DNA from: an uncultured bacterium | GTDB taxonomy: Bacteria; UBP4; UBA4092 | DNA length: 64,000 nt | Reading direction: 5' to 3' | NCBI GenBank assembly: GCA_964644695.1 | Contig: CAZXWN010000005.1 | Location: 62,001 to 126,000 of the forward strand | Part shown: in pieces, positions 10,541 through 20,341 of the stretch | Layout of the letters: every line of letters starts with the position of its first letter | Numbering within the stretch: the first letter of the stretch is position 1 | Position numbers and translations under genes: made by a program | The notes under the pieces: generated by a model | Databases searched by the model: none | Seen by the model: only the letters and a program-made list of their open reading frames with translations | Told to the model about the DNA's origin: nothing

Positions 10541-10915
10541 TTACTCGTAAAAAGCTTCCCATCCGTCTTTTTCTTCTTCCTTACGATTTCGGGAAAACTT
10601 TTCTATGACATCGTCATGGCTATTCAGGTAGCTCACAGGCTCTTCCGCAACCGCTTCTACGACATCCTCATCAAGGCTCACCGGGACATCGTCATCCATA
10701 ATACTTCCCATTCTCTGGAATTGATCCAAACCTACACTGTGCACATACCGTGCGATCTCTTCCTCAAACGAGAATCCTACATTCACTGCACTCACAGCCA
10801 TTTTGCTCTTCTTCGCTTTTGACTTAGAGCTCAGCACCGCCTTAGCCCGAACGACTTCTTTGTTTCTTCCAACCGGACGACTCACTACTTCTTTTGCTTT
10901 TTTCTCGCGTTTCAT
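10541..10915 (-). CDS. Hypothetical protein, basic N-terminus and acidic C-terminus
   Basis: 124-aa ORF with strong SD AAAGGAGG upstream and a terminator downstream. Confidence 0.75.
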   Translation of the reverse strand: MKREKKAKEVVSRPVGRNKEVVRAKAVLSSKSKAKKSKMAVSAVNVGFSFEEEIARYVHSVGLDQFQRMGSIMDDDVPVSLDEDVVEAVAEEPVSYLNSHDDVIEKFSRNRKEEEKDGWEAFYE

Positions 10916-11390
10916 GGTGGTGCCTCCTTTGTCAACGTTATTGTCTTAACCTGTCTAACCATTTCTCTCTTGATGTTGATATTAACATAAGGTTATCACT
11001 ATTTGTTCCTGCGTCAACAATTATTTTTAAAATATTTTTTTATTATTACCTGAGGGTAATATTTACCCTCATAAACCCACCTAAAGACATTGTTATCCAT
11101 GAGCTTATTCAAATATACATCGGATCAGATTTTAAAGTTGACAGCTTATCACGAATAAAAATTTCGGGTAAATATTAATACAGAAATAGTCCTCCGTTTT
11201 TGTATCTTTTTAGTATTTATTGTCAAGATTCGCTTTTTTGCCCAATTTCACCCAGATGATATATTTTTACCCCACCTATCACCACAATATGGGGTATTTT
11301 CCACCCGTCACTTCCACACAATGTGGCATAGGGAATAAGAAAAGAACCTGATTTATCGGCCTTTAACAACTATGAAATTTTTCTCAAAGT

Positions 11391-11406
11391 TGGCACGCTA
11401 TTCGCT
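11391..11406 (+). promoter_or_regulatory. Putative sigma54 (-24/-12) promoter
   Basis: TGGCACGCTATTCGCT has GG-N10-GC spacing. It overlaps a possible TTGGCA-N16-TATAAT sigma70 promoter. Confidence 0.6.
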
Positions 11407-11416
11407 TTACATATAA

Positions 11417-11473
11417 TTACATTTCACTGAGCAGAACTGGGTTCCCCCCTTACCCGTTCTGCTCATTTCTTTT
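11417..11473 (+). ncRNA. Candidate small RNA (hairpin with C-rich loop and U-tail)
   Basis: Promoter immediately upstream. TGAGCAGAAC-T-GGGT/ACCC-GTTCTGCTCA stem, loop TCCCCCCTT, then TTTCTTTT. Confidence 0.45.
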
Positions 11474-11545
11474 ATAGGAATATATTCCCCAAGTTGTTTA
11501 TAATGATGTAAATATCTGTATATACCCCGAGAAAGGTATTGAACA

Positions 11546-12481
11546 ATGTACAATGTTGCTATTATTGGTTCCGGTCCTGCCGGATATACAGCCGCTATTT
11601 ATACCGCCCGTGCAAATCTTTCCCCCGTCTTGATTGAAGGGACTCTTCCGGGTGGACAGTTGATGATTACCACTGATATTGAAAATTTTCCAGGATTTCC
11701 AGAAGGTGTCCCGGGGCCTGAATTAATGGACTTATTCAAGAAACAAGCGGAACGATTTGGGACCCAGTATGTTTCAGGCACCATTACCAAGGTAGATTTC
11801 AGTCAACAACCCTTTAAACTCTGGGTAGATGACTCTCAATTGATTGAAGCAAAAACGGTTATCATCGCAACAGGGGCCTCCGCACAGTGGTTGAATATTC
11901 CCAGTGAGAAAGAATATATGGGATGTGGTGTTTCTGCCTGCGCCACTTGTGATGGATTCTTCTTCCGAAATAAGGATGTAGCTGTTGTGGGAGGTGGAGA
12001 TACCGCACTCGAAGAAGCAAACTTCCTGACCCGTTTTTGTAACAAAGTAACCCTGATCCATCGGCGCGACAAATTACGGGGTTCAAAAATCATGCAAGAC
12101 CGCATCTTGAATAATCCGAAAATCCAAGTTGCCTGGAACTCGGTTGTGGATGAAATCCTCGGCAAAGATGATAATGGTCGGAAATATGTAACAGGTCTTC
12201 GTCTTAAAAATACCGTCACCAGTGAATTGTCAGAAATTTCTTTAGATGGCGTTTTTATGGCCATAGGACATCTACCTAACACTGATTTTCTGAAAGGTCA
12301 GTTGGAGTTAGACGAAAAGGGCTATATTGTCCTGAAAAATAATACTTATACATCCGTTCCGGGAGTCTTTGCCTGCGGAGATGTCCAGGATTTACGGTAT
12401 CGTCAGGCAATTACCGCCGCAGGTTCCGGGTGTCAGGCTGCCCTGGATACTGAACGGTGGTTGGAAGAACATAACAAGTAA
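11546..12481 (+). CDS. trxB: Thioredoxin-disulfide reductase
   Basis: GSGPAGYTAAIY, CATCDG, GGGDTALEEA, RQAITAAGSG. Confidence 0.97.
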   Translation: MYNVAIIGSGPAGYTAAIYTARANLSPVLIEGTLPGGQLMITTDIENFPGFPEGVPGPELMDLFKKQAERFGTQYVSGTITKVDFSQQPFKLWVDDSQLIEAKTVIIATGASAQWLNIPSEKEYMGCGVSACATCDGFFFRNKDVAVVGGGDTALEEANFLTRFCNKVTLIHRRDKLRGSKIMQDRILNNPKIQVAWNSVVDEILGKDDNGRKYVTGLRLKNTVTSELSEISLDGVFMAIGHLPNTDFLKGQLELDEKGYIVLKNNTYTSVPGVFACGDVQDLRYRQAITAAGSGCQAALDTERWLEEHNK

Positions 12482-12502
12482 ATCCCCTTTTTACGCATAA
12501 AT

Positions 12503-12543
12503 AAAAAGACGGCTTTATCTGCAAAAGCCGTCTTTTCTTTTTT
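12503..12543. terminator. Bidirectional terminator
   Basis: AAAAGACGGCTTT/AAAGCCGTCTTTT stem between convergent genes. Confidence 0.75.
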
Positions 12544-12562
12544 ATTCAGATACCGGTAATTA

Positions 12563-13288
12563 TCAGCCCCATCGGTCATAATGGAGCTGCTCTTTCTGAA
12601 AGCCCATTGTTTCCAACACAACACCCAGGTCCTTAATCATCTTTGTTAAACCACAGGCATAAACATCCCATTGTGTTGGGTTAGTAATATTACCCTTAAC
12701 CAGCTCTTGAACATAACGGGTTTCACCCTGCCATTTGTCTGGACGGCTGACAGTGGGTACATAATGAAATTGAGGATACTTGTCTGCCCAATCTGATAAT
12801 TCTTTATGGTATAAGAGGTCCGTCTCATATCGAACCCCCATAAATACCCATACCTCCTGATTTTCTAATGTACCCTTGGTATCCATTTCCTTCAAGATGG
12901 AACGGATGGGAGCAATCCCAGTTCCTGTTGCACAGAAGACAAGTCCGCGAGTGGGTTTCTCTGGAACCAGAAATAATCCATGAGGTCCATCAATATGAAA
13001 TCGGGTTTCTTCCGGCTGTGCGTGCATCCAGTTTGAGACATACCCTAATTCAACTCGGTTCAGACAAATTTCGACTAATCCTGACTCCCGGGTCTCCGAT
13101 GGCGCAGATGCCAGTGAATAAGCCCTCTTAACAATTTGATCTTCTCGGGGAATGTGGGCTATTACAAATTGCCCTGCCTGATAATCCAAGGGTTCAGTTT
13201 CCACAAAATGAAGATAAAAAGACTTAGTGGAATCACAATGTGAGTCTATTTTCACAACTTCTACCAGTTTCTTCTCTTTAGGTGGCAT
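12563..13288 (-). CDS. FNR-like FAD/NAD(P)-binding oxidoreductase
   Basis: AGQF, RAYSLAS, GYVSNW, GPHG, ATGTGIAP, YACG motifs. Confidence 0.9.
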   Translation of the reverse strand: MPPKEKKLVEVVKIDSHCDSTKSFYLHFVETEPLDYQAGQFVIAHIPREDQIVKRAYSLASAPSETRESGLVEICLNRVELGYVSNWMHAQPEETRFHIDGPHGLFLVPEKPTRGLVFCATGTGIAPIRSILKEMDTKGTLENQEVWVFMGVRYETDLLYHKELSDWADKYPQFHYVPTVSRPDKWQGETRYVQELVKGNITNPTQWDVYACGLTKMIKDLGVVLETMGFQKEQLHYDRWG

Positions 13289-13425
13289 TCAAATTATCTC
13301 CTTTTCTCCCTCCTCTTTCATGGACAAGGAGGATTTTTTCCTTTAATATTTAACATATATAACAATGAAGAACGGCGAGGCGTTCCATTAAGTAATTCAA
13401 GTCAATCTACTGATTTATAGAATCC

Positions 13426-14451
13426 ATGATTACACCTGATTTAAACATAACCGAACGGCGCATCCTGGACCAGATTCAGGCAGGCTTTCCACTTGAATCC
13501 GAACCCTATAAAGTCCTGGGTAATACCTTGGGGCTAAATAGTTCAGAAATGTTGGAACACATCCGTCAGCTGAAACAGACAGGATACCTCCGCCAAATAT
13601 GTGGGATTTTTGATGGAAAAAGATTGGGATATCATTCTGCTCTGATTGCATTGGAGATTAAACCCGAGAAGATTGAAAACGCCGTAAAAATTATTAATGC
13701 CCACCCCGGTGTCAGCCACAATTATGCAAGAAATCATGTTTTCAATCTTTGGTTTACCCTGGCGGTTCCAACTCAACAACAATTACAATCTCACGCGCAG
13801 CGAATCAAAGAGCTCTCCGAATGTAAGAGAATGCTTATTCTCCCGGCAATAACCACATATAAGATTGGGGTCCGATTCTCCATGATAGATTCACAGGAGA
13901 AAAATAATAATTATCAGACTCCGAACGTTGTTATACCAAAAAAAAAGATGATGGCGGAAGATATTCCATTTATTCAGATATTACAGGAAGATTTTCCTGA
14001 AAACGAAAAACCCTACGAAGTCATGGCAAAACAGCTCGGGATTACTGAAGAAAACTTACTCCAGAAAATCCATGATTATCTGAAGTGGGGATATATTCGC
14101 AGGGTGGCTGGTTTATTGCACCACCGGAAAGCCGGTTATACAGCAAACGCCATGGTTGTCTGGCAAATCCCACCCAACGAATGTGACGCTATTGGAAAAA
14201 TCTTTGCTGCACGAAACTTTGTAACACATTGTTATCAACGGCAGGAAGTCCCAGAATTTCCTTACAGTTTATATACTATGGTCCATGCCCAAACCCAGGA
14301 AGAATGTGAAGAACGAATCCAGTGGTTACAACAAGATGCCGCTGTCTATCCCCACCAAACTATTTATAGTACGCAGGAATTTAAGAAACGGCGCGTATTG
14401 TATTATTCCCCAATCCTCACTGACTGGGAAAACCAATATGGAATCAGATAA
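13426..14451 (+). CDS. ahbAB: Siroheme decarboxylase, fused AhbA-AhbB (NirDL-like)
   Basis: Two Lrp/AsnC-like halves with VSHNYAR..NLWFT and ANAMVVW..VTHCYQR..YSLYTMVH. Confidence 0.85.
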   Translation: MITPDLNITERRILDQIQAGFPLESEPYKVLGNTLGLNSSEMLEHIRQLKQTGYLRQICGIFDGKRLGYHSALIALEIKPEKIENAVKIINAHPGVSHNYARNHVFNLWFTLAVPTQQQLQSHAQRIKELSECKRMLILPAITTYKIGVRFSMIDSQEKNNNYQTPNVVIPKKKMMAEDIPFIQILQEDFPENEKPYEVMAKQLGITEENLLQKIHDYLKWGYIRRVAGLLHHRKAGYTANAMVVWQIPPNECDAIGKIFAARNFVTHCYQRQEVPEFPYSLYTMVHAQTQEECEERIQWLQQDAAVYPHQTIYSTQEFKKRRVLYYSPILTDWENQYGIR

Positions 14452-14593
14452 AATAGATATTGACCCGACAAAACATTCATGTCCCGTCAATCCATACGAT
14501 TCCTGTCCCATATGTGGAAACACCCTGATAGAACTTCATTGTAAACAGGTCTGTTCCAATTGTGGATTCAGGGAAGATTGTACAGACCATTAA
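14438..14593 (+). CDS. Small CPxCG-type zinc-finger protein (51 aa)
   Basis: MESDK...CPICGNTLIELHCKQVCSNCGFREDCTDH. Its ATG overlaps the end of ahbAB and it fills the gap before the HAD gene. Confidence 0.65.
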   Translation: MESDKIDIDPTKHSCPVNPYDSCPICGNTLIELHCKQVCSNCGFREDCTDH

Positions 14594-14604
14594 TTGGAAT
14601 TAAT

Positions 14605-15270
14605 ATGACCCCTTCAACCTATCAACAGGTACTTTTATTTGACTTTGATGGAACTCTTTTGGATTCTCGAAAAGATTTAGCCAATGCCGTAAACCATGCT
14701 CGAAACCGGCTTGGATTAGAACCACTGCCAGTATCATTGATTGCCAGCTATATTGGAAACGGTGTTGATGTGCTCCTTAAAAAAGCACTTCATGAAGTTG
14801 ATGACGAAACACGACGGATCGCGAAGGGTTATTTTAAATCTCATTATGAAGTTCATTGTACAGATGAAACAAGATTGTATCCGGGTGTCAGAGAAGTTCT
14901 GGATACTTTCAAAAACAGAAAACTGGTATTAGTGAGTAATAAACCCCAGGAATTTTGCCATCAAATCATGGAAGCAGTTGATATCGATCACTACTTTACT
15001 CTAATCATGGGTGAGGAATCTTGCCCAACTAAAAAACCCGATCCCGGGCCGATTTTAGAAGCCTTAAGACAATTGAATTGCCCCAAAGAAGCAGCCTGCA
15101 TGATTGGAGATTGGACTACCGATGTTGAAGCTGGGAAAAAAGCCGGGGTCCATACAATTGCCTGTTTATATGGAATTGGTAAAGTAGAGGAAGTTAAAAA
15201 GGCTGGACCCGAATTTCTGGCACCGACTCCCCTGGACATTATCACTATTATTCAGAGTCTGGAACAGTAA
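14605..15270 (+). CDS. gph: HAD-family hydrolase (phosphoglycolate phosphatase-like)
   Basis: FDFDGTLLDS, VSNK, KKPDP, MIGD..TDV..G motifs. Confidence 0.85.
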   Translation: MTPSTYQQVLLFDFDGTLLDSRKDLANAVNHARNRLGLEPLPVSLIASYIGNGVDVLLKKALHEVDDETRRIAKGYFKSHYEVHCTDETRLYPGVREVLDTFKNRKLVLVSNKPQEFCHQIMEAVDIDHYFTLIMGEESCPTKKPDPGPILEALRQLNCPKEAACMIGDWTTDVEAGKKAGVHTIACLYGIGKVEEVKKAGPEFLAPTPLDIITIIQSLEQ

Positions 15271-15618
15271 CCCCATCATTCGCAAAGGTTCGATGTGAGA
15301 TTTAATCTGTTTTCCGGGATTTAATATACCGGGAACATCTACCCTATGCCATCTGCCAAATATCTCAATTATTTTACTACCCAACCAACTCACAGCACGA
15401 AAAGCACGCATTATTCGCTCAACACAGGATTGACATGCCGGGATGTGTATTACTGTATAAAGGCGAATGTGGTAAAATAGTAAGTCCTTTTGTCAGCCTT
15501 TGAGACATAATTATAGTAAACTATATAGATAGTGTGTTTCTGAATCAAAGGGCCGGATGACATTATCCGGACGTTGATTCTTTTGTATGAAAAGTTTCAT
15601 TACTTTTATTCAAAGTTT

Positions 15619-16059
15619 ATGAAAATAATTATCGATGCGGATGCATGTCCCGTCAAACACTGTGTCATTGAATTGGCCTTTCAAAAGAAAGTGCCTGTTT
15701 TAATGGTGTGTAGTGTGTCGCATCAACTACCTGAGTATCCAAATGTGGTAATAAAACAGGTTGATAATTACCCTCAGGCAGCGGATGTAGCCATTGTTAA
15801 TAAGGTTCAGCCGGGAGATATTGTAGTGACAAGTGATGGTGGCCTTGCCGCAATAGTTTTAAGCCGTCAAGCCCGTGCATTGTCATTCCACGGAAAAGAA
15901 TATCATCCTGATGAAATAGATGCTGTTTTAAATGAAAGACATCTGACATGGAAATTCCGGAGATCCGGTGGTAAAACCCGGGGACCTAAACCTTTTACAC
16001 ATAAAGATGAAGAACGATTCATAAGTACTTTAACCCGAATGATGGGATATTTGATCTAA
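15619..16059 (+). CDS. YaiI/YqxD (DUF188) family protein
   Basis: MKIIIDADACPVK, AAD..I, GDIVVT.D..LA. Lies upstream of dnaG, as yqxD does. Confidence 0.9.
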   Translation: MKIIIDADACPVKHCVIELAFQKKVPVLMVCSVSHQLPEYPNVVIKQVDNYPQAADVAIVNKVQPGDIVVTSDGGLAAIVLSRQARALSFHGKEYHPDEIDAVLNERHLTWKFRRSGGKTRGPKPFTHKDEERFISTLTRMMGYLI

Positions 16060-16063
16060 CAAC

Positions 16064-17854
16064 ATGTTGCCGTCTGATTTTATTGAAAAAGTTAAGGAAA
16101 ATACCGATATCGTTCAATTGATTGGTGAGCATGTAACACTTAAATCATCCGGGCGAAATATGAATGGATTGTGTCCTTTTCATAATGAAAAGACACCCTC
16201 CTTCATGGTTAATCCTGAACGACAGATTTTTAAATGTTTTGGCTGTGGCGAAGGTGGTAATGCTATTCACTTTGTCATGAAATTCCAAAAAATGGAGTTT
16301 ATTCCAGCCGTTGAGTATTTGGCTGAAAGAGCTGGATTGGAAGTTCCGCGGCAAGCTGGCCGAGAAAATCTCGATAAAGCAGAAAAAGATATAAAAGCAA
16401 TTCGGGAAGTCAATCAATTTGCTCGTGATTATTTTCACCAGGTATTAATGAAAAACCCGAGAGCTGAATCAGCCCGTAAATATCTCTTTGAAAAACGAAA
16501 ATTAACCCCTGAGACGGCAGTCTCCTTTCGGTTGGGATATTCCCTGCCAGATTGGGACAGTCTCCTGAAAGAAGCAGGCCGTCAGGGATTTAATACGTAT
16601 ATATTGGAAAAAGCCGGGTTAATTATTGCCCGACAGTCTGGTAGTTCTGGATATTATGACCGATTCCGCGACCAGGTTATGTTTCCTATTACAGATTCCC
16701 GCGGATTTGTGATTGGTTTCGGTGGCAGATTTCTGGATGCCCGTGAACCCAAATATCTAAACTCACCAGAGACGCCTGTGTTTACCAAGAGCCGTTGTTT
16801 GTATGCTCTTGAACAGGCACAACCAGCAATTAAAGAACTTGGAAAAGCAGTCTTAATGGAAGGATACATGGATGTCCTTTCGGCCCATCAACACGGAGTC
16901 CGAAACGCAGTCGCCACCCTGGGCACGGCCCTGACTCGCGAACACGCGAAACTGTTGCGGCGATACTGTCCTGAAGCTGTGTTGATGTATGATGCCGATA
17001 AGGCTGGGTTATCTGCGGCCCTGCGGGGCCTGGAACCCCTGTTATCATTAGGATTGGAAGTCCGGGTAGCCTCAATTCCTGAGGGTAAAGACCCTGATGA
17101 GTACCTGCAAAGCCACTCTCTGGAAGAATTCCAGAAAGTATTAGCAATGGGGCAGGACCCTGTGGAATTTGCTTTGGAATTGGTAATAGCCCAACATGGA
17201 CTATACAGTGTTACGGCCAAGACGAGAGTCATTGATGAAATGCAATCCATTCTGGAAAGAATGGGGCAGCCGGTGGAGAAAGACCTGTATATCCAGATTA
17301 TTGCCAATCGGATTGGGTTAGACAGAAACACGCTTTTGCGTCAGTTCCGTCAAAACTCAAAAAAACCTGGAACGGTTGTTCATCCAGGTGTGGATTCTCT
17401 CGAAATAAGAAGACGTGGAGAAACCCGCATTGAAAGAGAACTATTGAAGTTACTGGTATTTAATCCTGGATATATCACTGCAATCCAGGAAGTCGTTAAA
17501 GACTATGTATTTGCTACAGCAGTGGGCCGGGAGGCGATTATTCCCCTTCTGGCGTGTGATGATCCGTCAACACTGAGAAATGCGGATGACGTCCTAAATT
17601 ATCTTCAGGACATACCCGACGCGGTGAAATGGGTCACAGAAATAATGATGGAAGACCCGCTATCTAATTCAGATGATTATCTGACAGCCTTCCGTCGGAA
17701 AATCACTAAGCTTCGGTTAGATAGAGAAATTAATGAATTACAGGCCCACTTACGACAGGCAGAAAAAGCCAGAGATCTTAAGCAGGTCACTTTATTGCAA
17801 GAAAAAATTCTGGAAATCAAAAAAACTGCCCTTTCAATATCCAAGGTCAGTTAA
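16064..17854 (+). CDS. dnaG: DNA primase
   Basis: CPFH..CFGC zinc finger, KYLNSPET, EGYMDV, YDADKAG, KDPD. Confidence 0.97.
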   Translation: MLPSDFIEKVKENTDIVQLIGEHVTLKSSGRNMNGLCPFHNEKTPSFMVNPERQIFKCFGCGEGGNAIHFVMKFQKMEFIPAVEYLAERAGLEVPRQAGRENLDKAEKDIKAIREVNQFARDYFHQVLMKNPRAESARKYLFEKRKLTPETAVSFRLGYSLPDWDSLLKEAGRQGFNTYILEKAGLIIARQSGSSGYYDRFRDQVMFPITDSRGFVIGFGGRFLDAREPKYLNSPETPVFTKSRCLYALEQAQPAIKELGKAVLMEGYMDVLSAHQHGVRNAVATLGTALTREHAKLLRRYCPEAVLMYDADKAGLSAALRGLEPLLSLGLEVRVASIPEGKDPDEYLQSHSLEEFQKVLAMGQDPVEFALELVIAQHGLYSVTAKTRVIDEMQSILERMGQPVEKDLYIQIIANRIGLDRNTLLRQFRQNSKKPGTVVHPGVDSLEIRRRGETRIERELLKLLVFNPGYITAIQEVVKDYVFATAVGREAIIPLLACDDPSTLRNADDVLNYLQDIPDAVKWVTEIMMEDPLSNSDDYLTAFRRKITKLRLDREINELQAHLRQAEKARDLKQVTLLQEKILEIKKTALSISKVS

Positions 17855-17867
17855 GTAGGAGGATTCA

Positions 17868-20165
17868 ATGGCGAAATCCACTCCAAAAAAAGATTTGGAT
17901 AAAAAGAAAAAACAGACGGCATCTCCCGTAAAGGGGAAATCTTCTGTAAAACCAGCACCCAAGAAAAAAGCAGCTTCAAAACCAGTGCCTGCTCGAAAAA
18001 AGACTGCTCCGGTACCGGCAAAGTCGATTAAAAAAGCAGTATCAGAAAAACCGGCAAAGAAAAAAGCTGCAGCAAAACCTGCCGTTGGAAAACCTGTATC
18101 TAAAAAATCAGCTACAACAAAACCTGTTGTCGAAAAAAAGAAATTAGCGACTAAACCCAAAAACGAAAAACCGGTAAAAGCTGCTAAAGCCCCAGCACCT
18201 TCGAAACCAGCTAAACCTGTAGCCCAAAAGAGTGTTGAACCAAAACCCGTACCTGTTGTTAAAGAAAAAAAAGACAATCATGTCGGTGTCAAACCAGAAA
18301 AACCCTTAAAACAAACCACAGCTAAAACTAATAAAATTGCAACGATTGTCACTTCCGATGTAAATGCAGGTCTGGAAGCAGTCAAAAAGAAACTTACAGC
18401 GATTGCTCAGGAAAAAGGAAAAGTAACTTACCAGGATATTCTGGACTCCATTCCTGAAGATCTCCCCCAACAAGAAGCCTTCGATGATATGTTAGCCGAA
18501 CTGGGGGATATGGATATTGTTATAGAAGAAATCGAAGGCGCCAGTGCAGAACTACCTTCAGAGATTGAACCCAAGGAAGTTGTACCTTTAGCCATTGAAG
18601 CTATCAAAGGTGACGATCCTGTCCGTATGTATCTCCGAGAAATGGGGAGAACTCCTCTTTTAACCCGCGAAGAGGAGGTTATGTATGCCAAACAGATCGA
18701 AGCAGGGCGCGGCAAAATAATCTGCTCCATCCTTAAATCTGGCGTACTGGTTCCACAATTAAACAACTTGGTTAAACGGATTGAATCTGGTTCTGCGGTC
18801 ATTACTGAAGTATTCCGGCTCGGTCTGGAAGAAAATGACAGTGAAGATCGCGAAAAGATTTTAGCTGGACTTCGTCGGCACATTCATGATCTTGAAAAGA
18901 TGATGAACAACTTCTCCGATAAATGCCGAAACATTCCTTGCAGTGACTTGGTGATATTAGAAGAACGATATCATGAAGTAAAAGAACGATTGGCTTTAGG
19001 TAATCGCCGGAGAGATAAAGAAGCTGAAATAAAAGGTCTCCCTAAATCCTTGGCTAAAGTGTTTGATGAATATCTAAAGATGCGCGATAAATTGGAAGAC
19101 ATGCGACTAAACTTTGATGAAATTGACAAGGTCTCCAATAAAATCAAAGAACATCATCGCTATATTCATTCCCTTAAGTACTCCATAGTATCTGTGGAGG
19201 CAGTAATGGGAATGGACGCAAAGGAATTAGAGGCTCTTCTCAAGGAAAGCAAAAAGAAACTACCTAAGAAACTTCAGGACAAAGTTGATGCTACAAAACG
19301 TTCACTGGATGAGTTAGCTGAGATTCTTAGCGAAATAAAAGAAACTCAAAAGCTTATTCACGATGAAGAAAGACAATGTGGAAACAAAGCTCCTGAATTA
19401 GATGAAATGATCAGCCTGATCCATGTTGGACAAAGCGAAGCTCATAACGCCAAGATGCGGGTTGTAGAAGCCAACTTGCGACTTGTCGTTTCTATCGCCA
19501 AAAAATATACTAATCGTGGTCTTCATTTCCTGGATTTAATTCAGGAAGGAAATATTGGTTTAATGCGAGCAGTAGATAAATTTGAATATAAACGTGGATA
19601 CAAATTTTCCACCTACGCAACATGGTGGATCCGTCAGGCTGTAACACGCGCTATCGCAGATCAAGCCCGTACCATCCGAATTCCAGTACACATGATTGAA
19701 ACAATTAATAAACTCAATCGTGTTTCCCGGCTATTGGTCCAGGACTTGGGACGCGAGCCCTCTCCGGAAGAAATTGCAAAAGCCATGTCCATGTCTGTGG
19801 ATAAAGTTCGTAAAGTTTTCAAAATTGCGCAACAGCCCATTTCTTTAGAAACCCCCATTGGTGAAGATAAAGATTCCCATTTTGGCGATTTTATTGAAGA
19901 CCAGAAGGTTGAATCGCCTCTGATGGCAACCACAGATGTCCTTCGTCAAGAACAAATAGAGAAAATACTGAAAACTTTAACTGAGCGAGAAGAAAAGGTT
20001 TTACGGTTAAGATTTGGTATTGGTGATGGTTACCCCAGAACTTTGGAAGAAGTCGGCGCAATATTTAATGTAACCAGGGAGCGCGTTCGTCAGATTGAAA
20101 CAAAAGCATTACGCAAACTACGTCATCCCAGTCGGAGTAAGAAACTCCGTGAATTCCTGGAATAA
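17868..20165 (+). CDS. rpoD: Primary sigma factor RpoD with Lys/Ala/Pro-rich N-terminal extension
   Basis: [48 protein letters not shown]. Confidence 0.97.
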   Translation: MAKSTPKKDLDKKKKQTASPVKGKSSVKPAPKKKAASKPVPARKKTAPVPAKSIKKAVSEKPAKKKAAAKPAVGKPVSKKSATTKPVVEKKKLATKPKNEKPVKAAKAPAPSKPAKPVAQKSVEPKPVPVVKEKKDNHVGVKPEKPLKQTTAKTNKIATIVTSDVNAGLEAVKKKLTAIAQEKGKVTYQDILDSIPEDLPQQEAFDDMLAELGDMDIVIEEIEGASAELPSEIEPKEVVPLAIEAIKGDDPVRMYLREMGRTPLLTREEEVMYAKQIEAGRGKIICSILKSGVLVPQLNNLVKRIESGSAVITEVFRLGLEENDSEDREKILAGLRRHIHDLEKMMNNFSDKCRNIPCSDLVILEERYHEVKERLALGNRRRDKEAEIKGLPKSLAKVFDEYLKMRDKLEDMRLNFDEIDKVSNKIKEHHRYIHSLKYSIVSVEAVMGMDAKELEALLKESKKKLPKKLQDKVDATKRSLDELAEILSEIKETQKLIHDEERQCGNKAPELDEMISLIHVGQSEAHNAKMRVVEANLRLVVSIAKKYTNRGLHFLDLIQEGNIGLMRAVDKFEYKRGYKFSTYATWWIRQAVTRAIADQARTIRIPVHMIETINKLNRVSRLLVQDLGREPSPEEIAKAMSMSVDKVRKVFKIAQQPISLETPIGEDKDSHFGDFIEDQKVESPLMATTDVLRQEQIEKILKTLTEREEKVLRLRFGIGDGYPRTLEEVGAIFNVTRERVRQIETKALRKLRHPSRSKKLREFLE

Positions 20166-20248
20166 TTTGCTTGATGCAAATGCTCTTTAAATGAGATATA
20201 ATCATAAGTCCTCACTGGTTTTATTCAGTGAGGACTTCTTTATAGCTT

Positions 20249-20325
20249 GGGCCCATAGCTCAGTTGGTCAGAGCGGAGGACTCATAATCCTTTGGTCGCA
20301 GGTTCGAGTCCTGCTGGGCCCACCA
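20249..20325 (+). tRNA. tRNA with CAT anticodon, most likely tRNA-Ile2 (lysidine)
   Basis: GGGCCCA/TGGGCCC acceptor stem, D-arm AGCTCAGTTGGTCAGAGC, anticodon loop CTCATAA, GTTCGAGT T-loop, 3' ACCA. Sequence and position after rpoD resemble ileX. Confidence 0.92.
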
Positions 20326-20341
20326 CATTTTAGACTATTCG

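Noticed and set aside
11282-11326. Tandem palindromes as NrdR boxes
   Set aside because: The 32-bp spacing fits, but the repeats have odd (13-bp) symmetry, unlike the even 16-bp NrdR box, and no nrd gene is adjacent.
10916-11545. Long AT-rich intergenic region as a possible oriC
   Set aside because: Only partial DnaA-box matches (TTATCCAT, TTCCACA), with no cluster of TTATCCACA boxes and no dnaA nearby. Promoter and operator motifs explain it better.
15166-15411. 81-aa minus-strand ORF partly in an intergenic gap
   Set aside because: It overlaps the HAD gene antisense, has no clear SD and has no recognisable motif.
17834-18277. Phe/Ala/Gly-rich minus-strand ORF resembling a membrane protein
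   Set aside because: It is the antisense shadow of the Lys/Ala/Pro-rich RpoD tail.
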